Source: a virus (lineage: Duplodnaviria; Caudoviricetes). Taken from it: a stretch of 57,784 bases of DNA. The position numbers and the translations under genes are program-made. Shown here in pieces: positions 1 to 9,145 of this stretch; positions within the stretch are counted from its first letter, which is position 1, and each line of letters opens with the position of its first letter. The notes below the pieces were generated by a model that saw only the letters and a list, made by a program, of their open reading frames with translations, was not told where the DNA came from and made no database searches. The stretch covers positions 1 through 57,784 of IMG/VR virus record IMGVR_UViG_3300044742_000189; one strand, given 5' to 3'.

Positions 1-127
1 TCGCCGACGTAGGGGCACCAAGCATTGTACGGGCGCGCACTGTCGTCGTCGTTGTCGACGTATGGCGACAGGCAGTCCATCTCGGGCGGGCAAAGCGAAG
101 TCGGGCCAACCAGCCAATCCCACATCC
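1..127. repeat. Terminal direct repeat (identical to 57658..57784); circular assembly overlap
   Basis: First 127 nt match the last 127 nt; the portal reading frame continues across the junction. Confidence 0.97.
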
Positions 128-968
128 ACTCGCCTTTGAACTTATACCAAATGTTGACCAGGAAGATGCGGCGCTCACGACTGTTTACCCACTGCGTCCA
201 GTTCTTCTCCTTTGGGAACAGCTGGGGCATCATGGCCTGGCCGCCGGCCGCGATCTCGCCGATTTGGTCAATCGTCTCCTTCGCCCAAGGCAGCAGATCC
301 TTGGCCACCTCGGTCGGCGTCCATTGCGCCTCGCCCATGAATTGGGCGTCGCTGAAATCCCATTCCTCCGATCGCGGGTCGTAGAACCACGTCTGTCCCT
401 TGACGCGGCGCTTCTTGATCTGGTGCTTGCTCTTCTTGTCCTTGACCACGCCGCCCCATTGGGCGCCAATGCCGCGAATGAGAGCGTCACGGGCGCACTC
501 GGACGCCACGCTCTGGAATTTCGTCGTATCCTGGATGGAGCGCAGCGTTGCCGTGGCGATGGGGGCGGCTGCCTCGGCCTCTGGCGTGCGCGGGAATGCC
601 TTGGGATCGCGCCGAAGCCGCTGCTCCAGCCCGACCAAAAAGTCAATCTTGCGCCGGATCAGATTCTTGGTGGATGGCGGCTGGTTGCGGCGAGCGAGCG
701 TTTTCAGCTCAGCGTCAGTCCACTGCTTGCTGTGATAGTAGCGCTCCGCCTCGTACATCTCGAGGTTCTCGGCGGCCTTGGCGGTCTCCCACGCCTGGAA
801 CATGCGGAACAGGTCGGGCGCCTCGATGCGTTCGGCGAGCGGTTCCGGCTCCGGCATCTGCTGCGCACGCATTGCGGCGAGGAATGCCTGTATGTCCGGC
901 GACTGGATGTCGCCGCCCATCATTGGGGCGGGCGGCTCCATGCCTTGGGGCTGCATCGTGTCGAGCAT
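1..968 (-). CDS. Portal protein, 5' part (join 968..1 + 57657..56460, about 721 aa), P22 gp1-like
   Basis: ATG at 968 (TGATG overlap with upstream ORF) is in frame with ORF 56460..57782; reads MLDTMQPQG...ERYYHSKQWTDAELKTLARRNQPPSTKNLIRRKIDFLVGLEQ, typical of P22-type portals; follows TerL. Confidence 0.9.
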   Translation of the reverse strand, partial: MLDTMQPQGMEPPAPMMGGDIQSPDIQAFLAAMRAQQMPEPEPLAERIEAPDLFRMFQAWETAKAAENLEMYEAERYYHSKQWTDAELKTLARRNQPPSTKNLIRRKIDFLVGLEQRLRRDPKAFPRTPEAEAAAPIATATLRSIQDTTKFQSVASECARDALIRGIGAQWGGVVKDKKSKHQIKKRRVKGQTWFYDPRSEEWDFSDAQFMGEAQWTPTEVAKDLLPWAKETIDQIGEIAAGGQAMMPQLFPKEKNWTQWVNSRERRIFLVNIWYKFKGEWMWDWLVGPTSLCPPEMDCLSPYVDNDDDSARPYNAWCPYVG

Positions 969-1186
969 CAGTCCAACAATCCTCTTTGCTCGGCATCACG
1001 ATGACGCTCGATGACCTCGGATTCCTCCAAGGCGTCGAGGATGACTGCTTCCATCAATCGCTGAGACATGGCGGGATGGGTGGCGATCTTTTCTGCTGCG
1101 AACGCCGCGATCTGTTCCTTGGTGGGCAACCCACGCGACGGATCGCCCTTGAGGGCTTCGCCGAAGAGATCGAGCAGCTTGCTCAT
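968..1186 (-). CDS. Hypothetical protein between TerL and portal
   Basis: 72-aa ORF translationally coupled at both ends (ATGA, TGATG). Confidence 0.7.
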   Translation of the reverse strand: MSKLLDLFGEALKGDPSRGLPTKEQIAAFAAEKIATHPAMSQRLMEAVILDALEESEVIERHRDAEQRGLLD

Positions 1187-1944
1187 GCGACCTTCCAGCC
1201 TTCCCCGTCATCGCCGCCGCTGCCATAGTCAGACCGATGCGGGCGAGGATCCGATCCACCTTCCAAAGCGTACCGCTTCATCATGACGGCGATGCGCGTT
1301 GCCGAGAGAATGTCGTCGGCCAGTTTCACGATCAGGCCGTCCTTGCGGTGATAAAGCCTGAATTCTTCGAGCCACTCATTCAGGTTCGAGAACACCTTGA
1401 GCCGGCCCGTCTGCATTCGCTCCAGCATTTCACTGATGCCGGCCTCGATCCCGAACCCGCCCGCATCGTGCGTTGCGTGCTCTTGCCACATGTTGAGACC
1501 ATGCGTGGCGTACTGGTCCTTGAGTTGCAGGCCGGAACTCTTGTCGTGCTGCAGGCCGTCATGCGGCCAGGCGACTGGTATCCACGCGCCCCATGGCTTG
1601 ATCGCCGCGGCATGAATGGGCGGCGTTGCCTGTCTCTCGCGATAGCAGGCCGTCACATAAATCGTATCGGTGTCCTTGTCCCATGCCAGCCTGGCGGCGC
1701 CGAATGGGTGATCCCAACCAAAGTCAATCCCGATGATCTGCGCCCAGTATTTGGGAATGGGGAACGGGTCGACCTTGATCTTGTCTTCGCTGACCGGGAA
1801 AACGCGACCAGAGCCTAGAACCGGGATACCTTTAGCGCGGGCTTCGCGCTCTGCCTCTGGGTAGCTGGCGACGATCGCGGCCCGTTGCTCTGGGCTGTAG
1901 TGCTCCGCATCATCGATTGTCATGAACGTGACAAAGCGGCTCAC
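1183..1944 (-). CDS. terL: Terminase large subunit, C-terminal (nuclease) part, P22 gp2-like
   Basis: MTIDDAEHY, EREARAKGIP, IIGIDFGWDHPF, PVAWPHDG, EEFRLYHRKDG and DDILSATR motifs; GTG start. Confidence 0.93.
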   Translation of the reverse strand: MSRFVTFMTIDDAEHYSPEQRAAIVASYPEAEREARAKGIPVLGSGRVFPVSEDKIKVDPFPIPKYWAQIIGIDFGWDHPFGAARLAWDKDTDTIYVTACYRERQATPPIHAAAIKPWGAWIPVAWPHDGLQHDKSSGLQLKDQYATHGLNMWQEHATHDAGGFGIEAGISEMLERMQTGRLKVFSNLNEWLEEFRLYHRKDGLIVKLADDILSATRIAVMMKRYALEGGSDPRPHRSDYGSGGDDGEGWKVA

Positions 1945-2028
1945 GTGCTATATAGTCCAGTCACGACGCCCGTCCCGCTATGACCACTGGCTAGATGCTA
2001 GCTCGATGCCGGTGCGAGCGGGCGGGGG

Positions 2029-2796
2029 TCATTTCGTTAACCTCTCCACCATCTGCGGCGTCAGAAACATCCGCACTACTTCCGACATGCCTTGCAGCGG
2101 CGTAAACGTCATGATGGCGAACTGCCCGCGCTGTCCATTGTTGGTTCGGGTCAGCCCCTCGGTGTAAATCTCCAGCGGGGCTTCCTCATCGAACCAAACA
2201 CCATCCACGGTAGGGCCTTGCCACTTCTCGCGGCCCTTCTCGTAGCTCTTAAAGTACAGCAGGCTTTCGCCCTGCTGAACGTCACCACCACCGCCCCATT
2301 TGACAATGGCATTATCAAGAAGCCCAGTGACACCCATGGCTCGAGCAACTTGACCAAGAGCATCCTTGGGGACCATGCCGGTGCCCCACTCCTCAACCTT
2401 TGGGGGTGGGCCAATCAGGATGCGCTGCGGGTTGTCTCGGGTTGATTCCGACGTGACGCCCGACGCCCACAGGATCACGGGCTTGGCGAACGTGGCGCCT
2501 TCCCACCAATCAGGATACCGTCCGGTGAGGTGCATCGCCCATTCAGCCCCACCGGCGACAGTTTTTCCCAATTGGTTACCTGCCATAAAGAGGCGCTGGG
2601 AATTGAGTTCCTTACCGTTGCGGTGGAACTCAAGTTGCTTGCTGTACGGCTTATAGGTTCGCAGCTTATTAGTGGCGAGCCTTCGAGCCGCTTCCTTCTC
2701 GATCTTTGCTATCAATGCCCGCAGCGTCTCCGAGGAGGCTGGCTGCGAGAGCGGCGAGAGCGGCGAGCTGTTCGTCTGTGAACTCTGAAAGCTCAT
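2029..2796 (-). CDS. terL: Terminase large subunit, N-terminal ATPase part
   Basis: Walker A AGNQLGKT, Walker B VWFDEE, coupling motif TFTP. Confidence 0.93.
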   Translation of the reverse strand: MSFQSSQTNSSPLSPLSQPASSETLRALIAKIEKEAARRLATNKLRTYKPYSKQLEFHRNGKELNSQRLFMAGNQLGKTVAGGAEWAMHLTGRYPDWWEGATFAKPVILWASGVTSESTRDNPQRILIGPPPKVEEWGTGMVPKDALGQVARAMGVTGLLDNAIVKWGGGGDVQQGESLLYFKSYEKGREKWQGPTVDGVWFDEEAPLEIYTEGLTRTNNGQRGQFAIMTFTPLQGMSEVVRMFLTPQMVERLTK

Positions 2797-3064
2797 TCTT
2801 TACGGTGATCTCTTTCGGCAACAAGCTGGCGACCATCTTAGCGAATTCGGTTGGCTTGTTCTCCGCCGCGCGCCTTAGAACGTCGAGGCCGGACTCTTTC
2901 CAAACGGCGTACAGATCCTGGAGAAAGTCATCCGATAGCTTGTTGCGTGAGCCCTTTTCGCGGCCCTTGGGGTTTCCGGATTGGCCGGGCTGGAAAAGGT
3001 GCGGTTTATTCTGCTTTTCTTCTGTAGGTGCAGAATGTGCTGGTTTGTTCTTTTTGTCGGTCAT
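2669..3064 (-). CDS. terS: Terminase small subunit (DUF5681-like)
   Basis: FQPGQSGNPKGR motif; immediately upstream of and overlapping terL; start uncertain (3064 or 3097). Confidence 0.75.
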   Translation of the reverse strand: MTDKKNKPAHSAPTEEKQNKPHLFQPGQSGNPKGREKGSRNKLSDDFLQDLYAVWKESGLDVLRRAAENKPTEFAKMVASLLPKEITVKNELSEFTDEQLAALAALAASLLGDAAGIDSKDREGSGSKARH

Positions 3065-3097
3065 TTTGTAAGCTTGGCCCGCTCCGCAGCCTCCCAA

Positions 3098-3400
3098 TCA
3101 ACCATCAACATTGCTGATCCTCTTCCGTTTGGCTCTATGCGTGGCCGCTGGCGGGGATTTCGCTTCTGGGGCGGGGGCGGGAGCCTCAACCAGCGGAGAC
3201 ACCCTAGCGGCCTCCAGCTTAGCTTTCACACGGCCCACATCCCATGAGGGCTCGATGACGATGGTCTGACGATAAGCGAGAGGCCCGAACGTTAGAAAGA
3301 ACTGCGGATTGTGATCCCAGCCCTCTTTGACGGTGACAGACACTCGCTCAACGACGAGCTCGTCACAGATGTCGACGATATCTCGGGCTCGTAGAGTCAT
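3098..3400 (-). CDS. Hypothetical protein
   Basis: 100-aa ORF with ATG and AGGTG SD, on the operon strand. Confidence 0.6.
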   Translation of the reverse strand: MTLRARDIVDICDELVVERVSVTVKEGWDHNPQFFLTFGPLAYRQTIVIEPSWDVGRVKAKLEAARVSPLVEAPAPAPEAKSPPAATHRAKRKRISNVDG

Positions 3401-4032
3401 TCAGTCACCTAGTTTGTTGTGCCAAACGGGGCGCTTTTTCTTGCGAACGTCCGCACCGGCGTCCGCTTCGTTGGATCTCGCTTGTTTTGGGCTGACTGAA
3501 GGCGTGCCTCGCACCTTTATAGCTCGAAGATCGCCAGGAGTTTCAGTGGTGGCCATCTCTATTTCTGGGCCTTTGGTGCCTCAAGATACGCCGCAACCAG
3601 CTCCTCCAGCCTTGAAAGCTGTGCTGGCAAGTCCCTTAGAGCATCCTCATTGGGACACACCTGCAGAACCCGATTTATTACGCCAAGTTGATTGCCAACC
3701 AGCGCGAGGATATCCCAATGGGTGAGCGTCATTTTGATTATCACATCTCCGGGTAGACAGGGCTCGGCGGCAACGCCCCACAAGCGCATCTCTGCGAGGA
3801 AACGTACCATGGAGTCAGCTTCATCGGCGATGACGGAGTGTAGTTTCTAAGCGAGCGTCATGATGGGGCCGCAATTGTTTCCTATTGTTTCAATCGTGAG
3901 TGGCGTAGATGGTCTCGCGTAACCCTGTCAGTACCAACGCCCGGGTAGCTGTTCCCACAGCACTCGGGCGTCACTGTTTGTGGGGGGATAGGTCAGCTAT
4001 GCTGTCCGACTTCCCGTGAAACAATGAAGCGT

Positions 4033-4257
4033 TCAGTTTCCAACCTTCGGCTTCTTCGCTTCCCAGGCAGCAGCCCGCAACCCAAGCTCTATAAGTTTGC
4101 GAACCGCGCCACTTTGTGACTTGAAACGATTAGAGAAACGGTAGTCTTCGACATCAGCTAGGAGGCTCGGAGTGACGGCGATAAAGATCCTCTCCGACGC
4201 CAGCTCTGCACTGTCGTCATCTTGGGAAACGCTGCCGTTGATGGCAGGATGGGCCAT
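4033..4257 (-). CDS. Ribbon-helix-helix (CopG/Arc-like) regulator
   Basis: RIFIAVTPSLLADVEDYRFSNRFKSQSGAVRKLIELGL fits the RHH beta-alpha-alpha pattern. Confidence 0.7.
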   Translation of the reverse strand: MAHPAINGSVSQDDDSAELASERIFIAVTPSLLADVEDYRFSNRFKSQSGAVRKLIELGLRAAAWEAKKPKVGN

Positions 4258-4457
4258 TTCTCAGGACATGTTTCGGGTTTTGCCGGGTTGGCTGTCCTAG
4301 CACCGTGCTCCCCGCATATCCGCCTTGGGAAGGGCTAGCACGCCGAAGCCACGGGCACATCAAACTTTGACAGTTGGGTATTTCCCATTGTTCGCAAATT
4401 CACGCAAGCGAAATCTTATCCCTTTCTACCGATTTTTGCCGATGTTGCCGGCGAGCG

Positions 4458-5018
4458 TCAGGCGGCCCTCACTTTGTCGAATGGAACCTCCACGACGTGC
4501 ATAGATCCGAGCATATTGAGCAAGACCCTCACGCCCTTTTTTGTGACGCTGTCGATCTTGGTCTCCTGGACATCAGAGCCGATGTATACGTTGACCTTTT
4601 TGCCGGGTTGTAACGCCTTATGTAGACTGACCTCCGTTGCGCCTGATGTCCCCTCAACCAAGGCGGATAGCATTCTCACGTCGGCGTCGGAAAGGATGAG
4701 GGGCGACCATTCTCCCCTTGCCCGGCTAACGATGCCCTTAATTTCTGGGATGGCGCCGCGCAGCGCTAGATAATCCATCTTCACGTCTTGGAGGCCGGCA
4801 AACACATAGGTCGGGAATAGCGCGTATTTCCGGAGTTTGACCTGGTTCTTGCCTGGGCGCGTTTCGTGGACGATCTCGACGGGCAGTAACGCGGGGCGCT
4901 CCCACTGGGTAATGCGATGGAGAACAAGGAACTCTATCCTGTGTTGCGGCACAGTTTTTAGGGCTACCCAAGAGAGCATTTGGCGTCGTCTCCATTTTTC
5001 TGCGCTGACGCCAATCAC
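4458..5018 (-). CDS. NusG-family transcription antiterminator (probable late-gene regulator)
   Basis: NGN motif ALFPTYVF; KOW-like C-terminus VRVLLNMLGSMHVVEVPFDKV; lies at the early/late boundary. Confidence 0.85.
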   Translation of the reverse strand: MIGVSAEKWRRRQMLSWVALKTVPQHRIEFLVLHRITQWERPALLPVEIVHETRPGKNQVKLRKYALFPTYVFAGLQDVKMDYLALRGAIPEIKGIVSRARGEWSPLILSDADVRMLSALVEGTSGATEVSLHKALQPGKKVNVYIGSDVQETKIDSVTKKGVRVLLNMLGSMHVVEVPFDKVRAA

Positions 5019-5455
5019 CGAGGATCGTATTGCCGGATCTTGGTCTCGAAGTGATCCGCGAGCTTGCGAGCGAGTTCTAGGGCTTCATGATTTGTGAAAC
5101 GGCCGACGCCTAGGTACGTCTTGTCCCCATCAGGGACGAGGTCGATCTGGGTGAGCTGGTTGGCGATGGCGTTGCGGGTGGCTTCGCTGGTCTGCAGGCG
5201 GCGCAGGTATTCCGGGTCGTTGGATGGGAGCTTGAGGGTTTCCATCCCCTCACGGATTGCCTCTGTGCTCTCAACAAGACGCAGCAGCAGATCATGGTCC
5301 TGCTCGGCTAGGAGCTTGTCGGCTTCGCGCTCGAGCGGATCGACCTTGTGATACCCACTAGCCGCGAGCAGTCGGTCCTCGCGTTCGGCTCGCGTGTCAG
5401 CTGCGCCGGAGACATCGCGCAGAGACATCAGCTTTGATTGCTTCTTGCGTGCCAC
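5015..5455 (-). CDS. Hypothetical protein
   Basis: GTG start overlapping the MTase stop (TAGTG); stop overlaps the nusG start. Confidence 0.6.
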   Translation of the reverse strand: MARKKQSKLMSLRDVSGAADTRAEREDRLLAASGYHKVDPLEREADKLLAEQDHDLLLRLVESTEAIREGMETLKLPSNDPEYLRRLQTSEATRNAIANQLTQIDLVPDGDKTYLGVGRFTNHEALELARKLADHFETKIRQYDPR

Positions 5456-6393
5456 TATGGTGCCTCCGAGAGGGTGAGCTGTTCTGGTTCTGGAGCTTTG
5501 GCGGACTCCACGAACATGTCGGGTTGATTCATGGCTTCGGTGATGCGACGACATGCGATCTCGAAGTAAGTTGGCTCTATCTCAATTCCGATGAAACGCC
5601 GACCAAGCTTCACACACGCGACGCCGGTTGACCCAGACCCCATGAACGGATCAAGGATGGTAGCGCCATCCGCTGACACAACCGTCAGCAGTTGTTTCAT
5701 GAGATCAACGGGCTTCTCAGTCTGATGCTCACGCTCAGATGAATGCATTCGCGGGATCGTCAGCACGTTCCCATAGTCAAAGCTGTGATAGGCGGCGGTA
5801 CCTTTTGCGAAATGCATCGCAAGCTCATGCTGAGCACGAAAGCCCGTCCCTAGCCCAGCATTCCCTTTGTTCCAGACCACAAGGTTCTGATAGCGGAATC
5901 GCGCACTTTCGATGGCCGGGGCTAGGTGGCCTGCCATCCTCCAATCCGTGAACGCCGTTAGCGTGCCCCCGTCAGGAAGTAACTGGTAGCACCAGCCCGC
6001 CACCGAGCTCATGAGCCACGAAATGCCCGCCGTCGTCATGTTGTCGCCAGCGAACCAACCAACATCGCGAATAGTCTCGGAGCGCAAACCCATCCCCTTC
6101 GCCTGCTTTTTGCCCGTCTCGGAGAACCCACCGCTGCAATACGGAGGGTCCATCACCACGGCGTCGACGCGCGGCAGAAGCGGCAAGATTTGGGTGCAGC
6201 CGCCCAGGTACAGCTTATGCGGCCCGATCCTCTCGCAGCGAAACGACACCAGCTTCTGTCTCATCGTATCAATGGCGAGGTCGTAGCACTTGGCGGAATT
6301 GTCGGCGGCGTCATAGCCGTCGTCTTCCACCCTCGCGTAATAGTTACGGAGGCAGTTGAGCAGAGCGAGGGGAGGCTTGCGCTTTCTGGCCAT
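5455..6393 (-). CDS. Orphan DNA N6-adenine/N4-cytosine methyltransferase, beta class
   Basis: Catalytic DPPY precedes SAM-binding ILDPFMGSGSTG; HQTEKP and FIGIEI motifs. Confidence 0.95.
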   Translation of the reverse strand: MARKRKPPLALLNCLRNYYARVEDDGYDAADNSAKCYDLAIDTMRQKLVSFRCERIGPHKLYLGGCTQILPLLPRVDAVVMDPPYCSGGFSETGKKQAKGMGLRSETIRDVGWFAGDNMTTAGISWLMSSVAGWCYQLLPDGGTLTAFTDWRMAGHLAPAIESARFRYQNLVVWNKGNAGLGTGFRAQHELAMHFAKGTAAYHSFDYGNVLTIPRMHSSEREHQTEKPVDLMKQLLTVVSADGATILDPFMGSGSTGVACVKLGRRFIGIEIEPTYFEIACRRITEAMNQPDMFVESAKAPEPEQLTLSEAP

Positions 6394-7860
6394 TCAGTTT
6401 CTCGTCCGCATTTCGCGCAGCCAAACATAGGCGCTCGCGACCTTGATTTCTTCGGGAGACAGCGCCTCGGGATCGCTTCGACCTCTTTCCAGGATGGAGC
6501 GAATGCCTGCCTCAGTGTAAGGGGCGATGATGCGCTTCGCCTCTTTGTGTGACGGAACGGGAGGCTTGCGCTTGCGGGTCATGGCTGGACCGCCAGCAGA
6601 TAGGCGCCCCAGACAGCAAACACAGCAATCACGATCCACTGGGCAGTCATCTTGCCTTCTTCGCTTTCCGCAGCTCTGCCAACAACAGCGCAATCTGCTC
6701 CGCCAGGGCTGTCCTGGGGCAGTCGATGCTTGGGTCTGCGTGGCACATGTGGATGATGTCCCAGGCCTGCTTGAGGTCGCGGGCGGTCATGGGCGGTTGT
6801 ATCCCTTGGCTACGCGCACGCGCTTGCTGGCTTTCTGGCGCAACCTGGCGCTGACATCGACGTGCTTTTGGCAGCGAACGAGTTGACCGTTCTTGTCCAG
6901 GCGAAAACCCGAAAGCTTGATCCCGTTTTGTTTCATAGGTACTTTCCGAACCTTGCTGATCTTTCCGTCCCGTACACAATCGTACTCAGCAGAGGGGCGA
7001 TGCGATCCCCTAATCGCTTCCCTCCGGTCCCCTCTGCTACTGGCGCGGCCCCGACCCCCGTTCGGGCCGCGCCGCCTTCCCATGGCTGGGTTCTGCTGCC
7101 CCGCTTGTCACTACTGCCTGGCCTTGGTTGACGGGGGAGCGGGGCTGGCTGCCTTTGTTGGCGCATGGAGCGATGCCAGCCCACTCCAGAAGATCCACGC
7201 ATTGACACCGACCGGGATGCAAACGGCTGCAATCAGAAGCAGGAAGATCGCGGTGATTACGCCATCTCTTGCGCCTTGAAGGCACGAGATCGCAACGCCA
7301 CTGATCGTCGCCAAAGAAGCCCTCGCGGAAGACTGTGCGGTCATTGCCTTGCTCCATCCCTCGCGATCGCCAGCACTATGGCCGCGACGAGTCCAACGGC
7401 AACCATCACCCATCCAGTGGTGGGTGACAGCTGAATTCCGGTTATGCCGGTTGCTACGGCGCCAGCGCCGACGCCTAATTGACTCCAAGCAAACCTTTCA
7501 AGATCGGTCATTGTTGCCTTGCTCCATTTCCCCATGACGCGCGACGGGCTGCGATCTTTTGGCTGTATCTCTCTAGCCGTAGCTCCTCCTCTAGGTGCTC
7601 GACCTTTGCTAGGGCGGCATCGAGAAGCCTACCGAGCTGGGCGTTGCGGTCCTCGAGGATCTTGACCGTTGTGGGCTTCTTTGGTGCACCGGTCATATCC
7701 GAACCCCCACAACGATTGGCTCGCTGTCCTTTGATCTGTCTCGCTGCTTGACGACTCGGCGTCTCGCCCTGTGAAGCTCATCGACGGCTTTGCTGTGCTG
7801 CTCTGGGGCGAGCCTGCCGCTGGCAAGCAGCTCCTCGAGGTGAGCGATAAGGGCGCCGGT
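6394..7860 (-). CDS. Run of small coupled hypothetical ORFs (e.g. 6394..6582, 6647..6790, 6787..6936, 7341..7535, 7508..7696), several with TM segments
   Basis: Tightly overlapping minus-strand ORFs; individual starts uncertain. Confidence 0.5.
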
Positions 7861-7868
7861 CATGTCCA

Positions 7869-8414
7869 TCACTTTCGCCCCCTGATGTCGTCGGGCTTGC
7901 GCTCGACAAGACACGGCCGAGCCCACAGAGCACAGCGCACGTTCTGGCCGCCCTTGCCGGTTAGCGCGCCCGCCGCCTCGGTTAGACGGCCTGATGCCGT
8001 ATCGTGAGCGTTGCTGGGTCCACATCGCCAACGTATGTGCGCAGCCTCGTCCAGGTCCATGTACATGCCGCCTACGGACCATTGGACCTTTGCCATCCAC
8101 AGCTTGCGGGCGGCCTCGCGTGCGTTGTCTTCGGATTGATGCTCGGTTGAGAGAACATCAACCTCAGCCGGCAAGCATTGGTCGCGCCTGTCGGGGCGAT
8201 CCCATCGATCGTCGCTGCGGCGCTCGTATCCGTACACCCTCGGCGCATAGACCCGCTGACGCTCGTGCCGCTGGTAACAGTGACCCCACCCGTTGCAGTA
8301 GGTGCGACGGATCGTGCGGTAAGTTTCTTCGGGCTGGGCAACAGCCAGATCCGGCAGTGCCGCCATCGCCAGAACTATCGCAAGCAGAAACGTTTTCATT
8401 GGCTCACCACACAC
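7869..8414 (-). CDS. Secreted Cys-rich protein
   Basis: Signal peptide MKTFLLAIVLAMAALPDLAVA; six Cys in the mature part. Confidence 0.7.
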   Translation of the reverse strand: MCGEPMKTFLLAIVLAMAALPDLAVAQPEETYRTIRRTYCNGWGHCYQRHERQRVYAPRVYGYERRSDDRWDRPDRRDQCLPAEVDVLSTEHQSEDNAREAARKLWMAKVQWSVGGMYMDLDEAAHIRWRCGPSNAHDTASGRLTEAAGALTGKGGQNVRCALWARPCLVERKPDDIRGRK

Positions 8415-8477
8415 AGCGTGATGGCCATAAACACGACAAACGCCGCAGCGTGTCGCAGTCCATTTAGGATCGTCTTA

Positions 8478-8993
8478 CTACCAGCCATAGCGAACCCCCA
8501 CCCGTCCACCAGCCTTGCCGTCCTCTGTCCATCCAAGAGCGCCGTTGACGCTCAAGTGCCCTTGGATGCGCGCCACGCCTGAAATGGCCACGGCCGAATT
8601 GTCCCCAAAGAGACCTATGCCGGCGCCTAGCGCGAACTTCTCTTTTTGCTCCAGCCACACGGGCGTCGATAGCGCGATCCCCAGCGCAACGCCTCTGTCT
8701 GCGTTGGCGTTGATTCCAGGTAGACCCTGGTCGCCTTTTGGGCCTTGCTGGCCCGTCGCACCGGTCAGCCCCTGTGGGCCAGCAGCTCCAGTCGCCCCAG
8801 CGGGGCCAGTTGCGCCTGCATCGCCTTTAGGCCCTGGCTCGCCCTGTGGACCCTGCGGACCGGCGGGACCCTGAGGTCCAGGCGTTCCACTTCCGAGGCA
8901 GGCGGCAGGCAACGGAACCTGCGTACAATCCGGTGCACTGTAAGCCGCCGAATGCATCAGCATTAAAAGAGAAAGCGCGTATACGACTTTCAT
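8478..8993 (-). CDS. Collagen-like protein with YadA-type trimeric autotransporter anchor
   Basis: Signal peptide [20 protein letters not shown]; 20 Gly-X-Y triplets; C-terminal GVALGIAL...[20 protein letters not shown]...[10 protein letters not shown] anchor ending in an aromatic residue. Confidence 0.85.
   Translation of the reverse strand: MKVVYALSLLMLMHSAAYSAPDCTQVPLPAACLGSGTPGPQGPAGPQGPQGEPGPKGDAGATGPAGATGAAGPQGLTGATGQQGPKGDQGLPGINANADRGVALGIALSTPVWLEQKEKFALGAGIGLFGDNSAVAISGVARIQGHLSVNGALGWTEDGKAGGRVGVRYGW
8709..8888 (-). repeat. Collagen (Gly-X-Y)20 coding repeat
   Basis: Uninterrupted from GTP to GIN. Confidence 0.9.
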
Positions 8994-9145
8994 TTCAGAC
9001 CTCATGTAAAGTTGACCCGGCGTCAAAGCAGCGAGCGAGGGAATAGCCCGCCTCTAAGTTTTCCCGCGCCACCACGAACGGGGCAAGCCGATCATAGGAG
9101 AAGGCGCAGCGAGGACAACTCAGGGGCTTTGACGCCGGGGTTCCT

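Noticed and set aside
1-127. Biological terminal repeat
   Set aside because: It falls mid-portal and 127 nt equals a common assembler k-mer; a P22-like TerL implies headful packaging, so it is treated as circular overlap
25-1228. Plus-strand ORFs over the portal 5' region (and similar plus-strand ORFs over other late genes)
   Set aside because: Antisense shadows; the real gene is the origin-spanning portal, which the ORF track missed
1945-2028. Group I/II intron or intein in terL
   Set aside because: 84 nt is far too short for a self-splicing ribozyme, and in-frame stops exclude an intein
5455-6393. Calling the methyltransferase CcrM
   Set aside because: Beta-class order is shared, but the DPPYCSGG context differs from CcrM (DPPYNLQL); specificity cannot be read from the sequence
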